Assembly (NCBI RefSeq): GCF_001194135.2
Contig: NC_068982.1
Span: 70,337,790 to 70,382,089, forward strand
Direction of reading: 5' to 3'
DNA length: 44,300 nucleotides
DNA from: Octopus bimaculoides
Lineage: Eukaryota
Below are positions 35,424-44,300 of this stretch, one piece after another. Under the pieces are notes generated by a model, which searched no databases, had not been told where the DNA came from, and worked only from the letters and a program-made list of their open reading frames with translations. Position 1 is the first letter of the stretch, and every line of letters starts with the position of its first letter. The position numbers and the translations under genes were made by a program.

Positions 35424-36930
35424 GTAAGCTGCTACTACTATTACTACTACTGTCTAAAACTTTATTGTTATAGATACAAATAAGATTGTAATTTATTTTG
35501 AAACACAGAGATGCTGTTAGAAAATAAATTATTTTATTTGTGTCTATATACACATTTTGGGGTTTATAAAAAAAAATGTTAGTTTGTTTATATTTATATA
35601 CATGTGATTGCACATTTAGCATTAAAAGCATCTAAAAAGTGGTTTAATTCGTTGGTGGACAGTTTAATTTAATGATAAAGCACTTGGCTGAAGTCTTGGC
35701 TTTGAGTCCCGTGGTTGTTGACAAATTTTTCTGCTTTATAAGGGTAATTTACCCAATGTTTCTGCTGTTCTAATGGCATCTCTAGGTTTGAAAATAAATT
35801 ATCTTATTTGTATCGTTGCCAGTGCCGCTGGACTGGCTCCCGTGCAGGTGGCACGTAGAAAACACCTTTTTGAGCGTGGCCATTGCCAGTACCGTGTGAC
35901 TGNNNNNNNNNNNNNNNNNNNNNNNNNNNNNNNNNNNNNNNNNNNNNNNNNNNNNNNNNNNNNNNNNNNNNNNNNNNNNNNNNNNNNNNNNNNNNNNNNN
36001 NNNNNNNNNNNNNNNNNNNNNNNNNNNNNNNNNNNNNNNNNNNNNNNNNNNNNNNNNNNNNNNNNNNNNNNNNNNNNNNNNNNNNNNNNNNNNNNNNNNN
36101 NNNNNNNNNNNNNNNNNNNNNNNNNNNNNNNNNNNNNNNNNNNNNNNNNNNNNNNNNNNNNNNNNNNNNNNNNNNNNNNNNNNNNNNNNNNNNNNNNNNN
36201 NNNNNNNNNNNNNNNNNNNNNNNNNNNNNNNNNNNNNNNNNNNNNNNNNNNNNNNNNNNNNNNNNNNNNNNNNNNNNNNNNNNNNNNNNNNNNNNNNNNN
36301 NNNNNNNNNNNNNNNNNNNNNNNNNNNNNNNNNNNNNNNNNNNNNNNNNNNNNNNNNNNNNNNNNNNNNNNNNNNNNNNNNNNNNNNNNNNNNNNNNNNN
36401 NNNNNNNNNNNNNNNNNNNNNNNNNNNNNNNNNNNNNNNNNNNNNNNNNNNNNNNNNNNNNNNNNNNNNNNNNNNNNNNNNAAAAAAAAAAAAAAAAAAA
36501 AGAGATATAAAGTATGTGTGTGTGTGTGATGATATCATTTGATAGTTGTAAACGAGTGTTACTGTCTTACAAGCAGTGTTATCTACGTCCAATCTTCCAT
36601 GAAACCATGTCTGCTTGGAAACAAGTGAGGATTGGCAATAGGAAAGGGCATCTGATCATAAAAAATCTACCTCAGCAAATTCTGATCTGATCCATGGAAA
36701 AGTGGATGTCAAAAAAACAATGACGATGATGTTAAGATTTGAATCAAATGCTTTTGTCAGTTTAGTCACTTAAATAATAAAATAACCTGTGATGCGTAAA
36801 CCCTAAATTGATTCGTTTATTTTTTTTTTTACTTTTTTTGTATATTTTGTTATTTTTCTGCATACTTTATATACATTTGGAAACACATCTGTTTTATTTA
36901 CTTTTTTAATTTTTTAATTTTTGCTAAAAG

Positions 36931-37128
36931 TTGATCCCTGCGTCCATCCCTCTACCCGATAATTCCAGTGGATACAGTTTTTATTATTCCTTATTTGGAA
37001 ATAATGTCTGCAGTGAGACCTTCACTGATTTGATCAACCCAAAATTTGTGCCTGAGAGAGCATCTGTGAAGATCCGAAGCAATCTAGATGTTTTATGTCT
37101 CTTCTTTGCAAATCAACCTGGCATCCAG
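36931..37128 (+). CDS. CEP120: CEP120 exon, C2B
   Basis: aaAG|ttg...cag|GTaagt; 66 codons LIPASIPLPDNSSGYSFYYSLFGNNVCSETFTDLINPKFVPERASVKIRSNLDVLCLFFANQPGIQ. Confidence 0.96.
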
Positions 37129-37195
37129 GTAAGTCATAGATCAGTGGTTAACATTGGTTTATAGTTTCTTAAATTGGTTAATATATCTTTTAAAG

Positions 37196-37844
37196 CAGTG
37201 GTTCTAAACCATTTTTTACCTATGGACTGCTTTGGTTACTATTTATTCTGGTGAGCCCCCATAGCCATTTGATGTATAAAAACTAGTCTTATAGATACTG
37301 CTTTCAAAATTCCTATTTTGTTTTTCACATATTGACTTGCGTAGGTTTGCAACAGCACTCTCTGAGAGAACATGTTTCAGTGGCTGGAAACATGTTAAAC
37401 TATGTAAAACATTTGTGGTGTGATGGAGGAAAAAGACAACAAGAAGCAAAAGGACAGAGTGAAACGTTGGACCTTACCTTGTCGACCGCAGCGGAGTACA
37501 CGATCGCTCTTGATCAAAACACGTCTTTCTCGTAACCTGTCTGTTTTCTGACTGACGCACGTGCTGGCCTTCGACCGCGTGTGGCCAACTTCCGGTCTGG
37601 CTTCACTTCTGTTTGCCTCATCCCTCTCCACCGACAACACACAGCTCATCACAGCCCATAACACCACAACATTAGAGAAAGAGACCTAGTTGTTTCTTGC
37701 AATAAATACATCTAAGGGCAAAATTTTTTGCATGAACCTTTAAAGTACTACTGTGGATTTCCAATTTACTATTTGCTTGCATGGCCCCAACAGAATATTA
37801 TATGGAGTCCCAGGAGTCACATGAGCACTGGTTGAGAACCACTG
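37196..37844. mobile_element. Longer copy of the same hAT family, inverted relative to 29753, with a GC-rich internal segment
   Basis: Ends cagtggttct...agaaccactg. Both subterminal regions match the reverse complement of the 29753-30002 ends. No matching TSD. Confidence 0.75.
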
Positions 37845-38567
37845 CAAGGCATTAGGAAAGGCATCCAGCTGTAGAAACCATGCCAAAGCAGACGTTGAAG
37901 TTCAATGCAGTCTTCTGACCTGTCAAATCCTGTCAAGCCATCTAGCCCATAGGTTTTTAGTAATATAAGCTTCTTGAAGCACTCAGCATGGAAGACATGT
38001 TAAAAGATGACAACGGCTGTGATGATCTTTCAAAGCTAAAATATGGTAGCAAGTTGGTAGTCAGGTAGTCATTAGTGTTGGATAGAATACCTTGCAGTAT
38101 TTGTCCCAACTCCCTATGCTCTGAATTCAAATCCCACCAAAGTCAACGTTACCTTTCATCCTTTAGGAGGCAAATTAAAAAATACCAATCTGAGGCAGTG
38201 GATTGGTAGAATTGTTAGAGCATTGGATTAAATGCTTTGTGGTGTCTCTTCTGGCTAAAAAAAAAAGCCTCCAACAAATGTATATTTTTCAAAAGATATG
38301 GATAGCACATTTGAAATTTGAACTGATTCTATTAAAAATTGATGCATTATCAGGTGAGAATTGTTAATTACGTTTATTTCTAGAGTTAACATTTAAATAA
38401 CAGCGAGAGGACATCTAGGAGTCACTACCTAGGTAGTCTTTGAGCTCTTAGAGAACGAAATGGTCTGAGACACTTGTTTGACAGTTCTTCCTCTGAAGAT
38501 TTCTCCTGCTGTCTGCCTGCCCCATAACGATTTTCTTCTCACTGTTTCTTTTGTGATTCTGTTTCAG

Positions 38568-38687
38568 GTTCATTTTTGTTGTGAGGATATATCGTTTGGA
38601 CATTGTGAAGTACCTTTAAATACTTTACTGAAACCAGGCAGCACTGAAATCTTCATGCGACCAGTTGTTTTAGAGGGTGATTACACG
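38568..38687 (+). CDS. CEP120: CEP120 exon, C2B
   Basis: gtttcAG|gtt...acg|GTgagg; VHFCCEDISFGHCEVPLNTLLKPGSTEIFMRPVVLEGDYT. Confidence 0.94.
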
Positions 38688-39420
38688 GTGAGGTTAAAAT
38701 ACAATTTCTTTGCAGTTCTGCCTGTCTACCATAGTTAATAATTAAATAATGTAATATATATATATATATTTGGCAATTTACCTCAATGTGTTGTCTATCT
38801 ACTGCAAGATGGACGACCGATGAGAGTTAAGTCCCTTCCTCAAAGATATAACGAAGAATATCGGTGAGAGGATATGAACTGTGAATCTTTGTTTGGCCAG
38901 TAAATTAATATCTCTCAGATTCAGAGAGTTGTTACTGTCATGGCTAAGTGGTTAAGAGGTTTGCTTCACAACCATGATGTTTCAGGTTCGATCCCACTAC
39001 ATGGTATTTTGGGCCAGTGCACTTAACCTTGCCTAGGGTTGACCCAAGTCTTAAAAGTGAATTTGGGCAGACTTAAAATGTATAGAAGCTTGTTGGATGG
39101 ACTGTTTAAAAGATTAATCTATATTTTTATTTCTTTAATATTTATAATTATAATAAATATTAGCACATTTCCTTGCATCTTTTATTTGCTTCAGTTATTG
39201 GACTGTGATGAAGCTGGGGCACTGCCTTGAAGGGTTCTAGTTGAACTGATTGACCCCAGTACTTATTTTTGATGTCTGGTTTTCTGTCAGTCTCTTTTTG
39301 TCGAACCACTAAGTTATGGGGGTGTAAGCAAACCAATACTGGTTGTTAAGCAGTGAGGGTGTGTGACAAACAAAGACACATATCCACACGTGCACACACA
39401 TGTGTATATATGTATATGTA

Positions 39421-39479
<59 letters not shown>

Positions 39480-39497
39480 ATGATACATACGCACACA

Positions 39498-40969
39498 CAG
39501 TATCTCACACAAGTATGTACACCCCTAAAAGTTTTCTGTTACTCTGATAATATCGAAGGAAATCACAAACGAAATTTATGTTCAATAAAATATATTGTAC
39601 ATGCAAACATTATGCAAATTTAGAACATAAAACAATTGAACGAAATATTAATTTTCAAATGTTACAAAAATATGTACACCCTAAAGGAAATTTGCTATAT
39701 TCAGTATTTTATCCACTTTTTTTTTTACTAAATTCAGATATTGCTGATAATTTCAATTCTGATAAATTATTTCTCCTGGCATTTTTGCACCGGTCCTTGT
39801 TATTGCATCTGCAGGATTTCTGATTTTTATACCGTGGTAAAAATCTTCAGAAGTACAAAGCTACTGGATGGCTAAGCAATAAACATCATCCAGGTTGCCC
39901 TTGTAATTTTAACTGCACGTAATATTCACCACATCCAATGTTGCATGATGGATGACAGGCATCGTACCACTTCATCTTTGGCTTGAGAAATGTTTTCTGT
40001 TAGTGGAAAGAGTGTATCCACCTGAATAGTTCACTGAAGTTTGAACCAATGTGGTCTTCATGGGCACATTCCTCATAGGAAGCCTCTCCTCACTACCAGG
40101 CATAAACCAAGTTGTCTTTCTTTTGCCAATACCTATGTGAGTAAGGGGAAGGAGTTTTGGAATAAAATTCTTTTTTTCCGACAAGACTAAAATCAACTTG
40201 TTTGTGTTAGATGGTATTAAACAACTATGGCAATGACCAGGTGAAGATAATAGCAACAAATGCATCGTACCTACCATGAAACACGGCAGCAGAAGTGTTA
40301 TGCTTTGAGAATGCATGAGTGTGGCTGGTATGGCAGGACTCACATTTATTGAGAGAACAATGGATTCAAGGCTTTATTGTGACATATTGCAGGAAACAAT
40401 GTTGAAAAGCATCAAGGAACTAGAAAGACATTCCATATTCCAACATGATAATGACCCTAAACACACTTCAAAGATGATGACTAAGTTTTTATCAGATAAA
40501 TAGGTAAAAGTATTGCCTTGGCCTACAATGTCACCTGATTTAAATCCAATAGAACATCTGTGAAATGTTTTGAGAAGGAAGGTCGAGGAGGAAAAACCTC
40601 ACAATGTGACGCAGTTGAAAGACATCATTCAGGATGAATGGAAATTGATTTCATTGGTTATATGCAGAAATTTAGTTGACTCTATGGCCAGAAAACTTAA
40701 TACAGTCATTGAAAACAAGGGCGGTCACAGCAAATATTGAATATAGCAAATAATCGTTTAGGGTGTACATATTTTTGTATCGTTTGAAAATTAATATTTC
40801 GTTCATATCTTTGAAAATGTTTATTGTTTTGTGTTCCAAATTTGTATAATGTTTGCATGTATAATATTTTTATTGAGTATAAATTTTGTTTGATTTCCTT
40901 CGATATTATCAGAGTAACAGCAATTTTCCTAAAATTTTTTAGGGGTGTACATACTTGTGTGAGATACTG
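39498..40969 (+). mobile_element. Decayed Tc1 transposon, IR/DR type
   Basis: TIRs of about 190-210 bp start cagtatctcacacaagtatgtacacccct, with an inner direct repeat tatgtacaccctaaa (about 39671 and 40757). The interior carries transposase remnants. Confidence 0.93.
39956..40740 (+). pseudogene. Tc1 DD34E transposase pseudogene
   Basis: GLHGHIPHRKPLL...FWNKILFSDKTKINLF...TMKHGSRSVML*ECMS...IFQHDNDPKHTS...WPTMSPDLNPIEHL*...GGHSKY*. It has several premature stops, a frameshift and a deleted N-terminal part. Confidence 0.9.
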
Positions 40970-41096
40970 TGTGTGTGTATGTATGTGTGTGTGTATATAT
41001 ATATATATAGTTGAAATTTACAGAAAAAAAGGACGAAGACAGGTGTATAGACAACAAACAGGTGTATTAGTTTAATGCTCGGGAAGGTGAGAAAAT

Positions 41097-41132
41097 CTTT
41101 TACATTTCGAGCCTTTGCTCTTCAACAGAAAG
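41097..41132 (-). ncRNA. Minimal hammerhead-like motif with variant core, probably a Penelope-like element remnant
   Basis: The minus strand reads CTTT-CTGTTGAA-GAGC-aaag-GCTC-GAAA-TGT-A-AAAG: stem I CTTT/AAAG, stem II GAGC/GCTC, GTA triplet. The core departs from CTGANGA. Confidence 0.5.
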
Positions 41133-43859
41133 GAACACAAAGAGATAAACAGAGAGAGAATAAAAATTCTTTTGGAGCTATACACACACACACACACACA
41201 CATACACACACATATTTGCCACCATCTCTCTTTTCTTTTACTTGACCATCCCATTTATATTTTCATCCCCATCCCTTGTGAGTATGCCTGGCATTTTGCT
41301 ACCATCTCTCTCTCCTACTTTCTCTTGCACTCCTGCTGTCTCTCACTCTCTCTCTCTCCATCTCCTCCTCTTCCCTCAGGTTGGGTAACCATGTATCTCC
41401 TTTACAGCAACATACTTGTTCCTGTCCTCATTTTCTCTCTCTCTCTCTCTCCCCCTCTCTCTGGCCAGGTAACCATATACCTCCCCTACAACAAGAGACC
41501 TGTTTCTGTCTCTCTGTTTTATTATAACCTTTCATCATCTGACACAAGAGCCTCTCCTCCAATTCCCCCTCCCCTCTCAAAGGATCCTTGTCTTGCAAGT
41601 TACTTGGTGACCCCTGTCAGTGCTGGTGCCACTGAAAAAGATTCATTTAACACTGTAAAGTGGTTGGTGTTTGGAAGGGTATCCGTCTGTAAAAACCATG
41701 CCAAACTAACCTTGCCTGTGCTTGTGCCACGTAAANNNNNNNNNNNNNNNNNNNNNNNNNNNNNNNNNNNNNNNNNNNNNNNNNNNNNNNNNNNNNNNNN
41801 NNNNNNNNNNNNNNNNNNNNNNNNNNNNNNNNNNNNNNNNNNNNNNNNNNNNNNNNNNNNNNNNNNNNNNNNNNNNNNNNNNNNNNNNNNNNNNNNNNNN
41901 NNNNNNNNNNNNNNNNNNNNNNNNNNNNNNNNNNNNNNNNNNNNNNNNNNNNNNNNNNNNNNNNNNNNNNNNNNNNNNNNNNNNNNNNNNNNNNNNNNNN
42001 NNNNNNNNNNNNNNNNNNNNNNNNNNNNNNNNNNNNNNNNNNNNNNNNNNNNNNNNNNNNNNNNNNNNNNNNNNNNNNNNNNNNNNNNNNNNNNNNNNNN
42101 NNNNNNNNNNNNNNNNNNNNNNNNNNNNNNNNNNNNNNNNNNNNNNNNNNNNNNNNNNNNNNNNNNNNNNNNNNNNNNNNNNNNNNNNNNNNNNNNNNNN
42201 NNNNNNNNNNNNNNNNNNNNNNNNNNNNNNNNNNNNNNNNNNNNNNNNNNNNNNNNNNNNNNNNNNNNNNNNNNNNNNNNNNNNNNNNNNNNNNNNNNNN
42301 NNNNNNNNNNNNNNNNNNNNNNNNNNNNNNNNNNNNNNNNNNNNNNNNNNNNNNNNNNNNNNNNNNNNNNNNNNNNNNNNNNNNNNNNNNNNNNNNNNNN
42401 NNNNNNNNNNNNNNNNNNNNNNNNNNNNNNNNNNNNNNNNNNNNNNNNNNNNNNNNNNNNNNNNNNNNNNNNNNNNNNNNNNNNNNNNNNNNNNNNNNNN
42501 NNNNNNNNNNNNNNNNNNNNNNNNNNNNNNNNNNNNNNNNNNNNNNNNNNNNNNNNNNNNNNNNNNNNNNNNNNNNNNNNNNNNNNNNNNNNNNNNNNNN
42601 NNNNNGGAGAGCGGACGTTAAACGATGATGATGATGATTACTTTATTTTGCTGGCCACCTTTAAATAGGTGATAGCATGACTCAGCTTATTCTTTTCATG
42701 CTAGCATGTGTTAGTCGTGAAGTTATCTGAGGCAGGATTTTGTTGGTGGATGTTCTTCCTATAGTGAAACTTTTACCTATTTTTTTCAGATAAGGGATTT
42801 TATTAATATTTTACAGTTCTTTGAAAGCGCATGGTTGTCAGTCATAATGTCAAACAAGAATGTCAACATTGTTGTTATCATCACAGTTTCACTCAAGTGG
42901 TGACAATTGGGGAATATCAACATTCACAAATATTTGCACGTGCAAACACTTAATACACATGCAAACATCGTCATTTAACATCCATATTCTATGCTGGCAT
43001 GGTTTGACAGGATCCAATAAGTCAGAGGACTGTGTCAAGATCCATTGTCTGCTTCTACATGGTTTCTATGGCTGGTTGCCCTTCCTAATGCCAATCACAG
43101 TATAGAGTGTACTGGCTGTTGCTTTCTTTTGTGGCACTGGCATTAATGAGGTCACCTAGTAACTTGCAAGACAGGGCCCTCCTCGTGGAGGTGCAGTATT
43201 GAGAGAGGTGGCTTTGTGCCAGGTGTGCCATTGAATATCTGCCTTAACAAATTCTATCTGAATCATGCAATCACGGAAAAGTGGACATTAAAACAATGAT
43301 GATGATGATGATACTGCCATACAAACACACAGTAGGCTGCCTAAAGGTTCTGTCTACCAGTTCCACTCATAAGGCATTAGACAACCTGAGGCTATATAGT
43401 AGACAACATTTGCTTGCAGGTCAATGCAGGATAAATGAACTGAAAACCGCATAGTTGCGATGGAAAATTCTTAACCACATGGCCATGCCTATGCCTATCT
43501 CACACACACACACACACACATACTCACGCAGTTTCTGTCTGTATAATTTTACTCTTAAGTTTTGGCATAAGGCCAGCAATTTTGGGAGAGGGATAGTGCT
43601 TAACTGGTTCTTATTTTATTGATTCTGAAAGGATGAGAAGCAAAGTCGACCTCGGTGGAATTTGAACTCAGAATGTAAAGATGGATGAAATGCCGCTAAC
43701 CATTTTGTCTAGTATGCTAATGATTCTGCAAGCTCATTGCCTTCTATGTCTGTATAATTTTACCTATAGAACTGTAAGCTGTCAAATTGTATGTCCTAAC
43801 ATCTTCAGTATTTGTACCAATAATGTTTTAGCATTAATTTTATATTTATTTATTTCCAG

Positions 43860-44007
43860 AAAACTGTGAAAGAAGTTATAGACCAACAACAAACAGTTCC
43901 AGCAGCACCAAAAAAATCAACAGAAATCAAATCTGATGTAGACTATTCTGATACTTTCGAAGACAAAACCAGTTTGGACCCAAGCAGTTTACAAGAATCT
44001 CAAAATA
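43860..44007 (+). CDS. CEP120: Probable CEP120 exon, low-complexity linker between C2B and C2C
   Basis: tatttccAG|aaa; open frame KTVKEVIDQQQTVPAAPKKSTEIKSDVDYSDTFEDKTSLDPSSLQESQN; candidate donor a|GTgaat. There is no diagnostic motif and the 3' boundary is tentative. Confidence 0.55.
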
Positions 44008-44252
44008 GTGAATATGAAACTTATCTAATTTTCATCATTCATCATTATCCTCATCATCTTCATTTTAATGTCCATTTTTCCATGCATCCATGGGTCAGAC
44101 AGAGTTCAGTAAGGAAGATTTTCTACAGCTTGAAGTCCTTGCTGTTACTAACCCTCACCTGTTTCCAAGCAAGGTAATATTTCCCCATGTTTCCACAGAA
44201 GAATGGAAATGAACAACACTGACTGTATTGAAATATCAGAGATCTTTTGATG

Positions 44253-44300
<48 letters not shown>

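Larger units (their letters stand above)
9736..42605. other. Assembly gaps at 9736-9745, 15877-16075, 16973-16982, 26881-27328, 35903-36481 and 41736-42605
   Basis: Runs of N. Confidence 1.

Noticed and set aside
38809-38863. Exon-like segment (gcaAG|ATGGACGACCG...atcg|GTgaga) after the CEP120 38568 exon
   Set aside because: The phase-0 frame hits TGA after four codons, and the other frames do not fit the flanking phases.
1-44300. CRISPR arrays, rRNA, bona fide tRNA genes, prokaryotic operons
   Set aside because: None seen. The tRNA-like A/B boxes belong to SINE heads, and the gene structure is spliceosomal.

Overview
AT-rich, intron-rich, repeat-dense metazoan genomic DNA. An octopus/cephalopod draft assembly is my inference from the SINE families and microsatellite load, not a database result. 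There are six N-gaps. Three spliced housekeeping genes can be built by hand from GT-AG junctions with consistent phases. (1) The last six coding exons of STAMBP/AMSH, a JAMM deubiquitinase (+, 571-11076). (2) A complete five-exon MRPL12, mitochondrial ribosomal protein bL12m (-, 26313-14616, 207 aa), convergent with STAMBP. (3) The 5' part of CEP120, a C2-domain centriolar protein (+, from 28650), head-to-head with MRPL12. Introns and intergenic DNA hold tRNA-derived SINEs, RTE LINE 3' ends, hAT, piggyBac and pogo-type MITEs, a decayed IR/DR Tc1 transposon, Helitron remnants and two long fold-backs. The most notable signal is a type I hammerhead ribozyme with an intact core at 13398-13440. It lies inside a roughly 130-nt rod-like self-complementary region, within a 312-bp-period direct-repeat unit, which resembles a retrozyme or Penelope-associated unit able to yield viroid-like circular RNA. 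Two further minimal hammerhead-like motifs, one variant and one decayed, occur elsewhere. Almost all long ORFs in the supplied track are artefacts of repeats, microsatellites or N-gaps.
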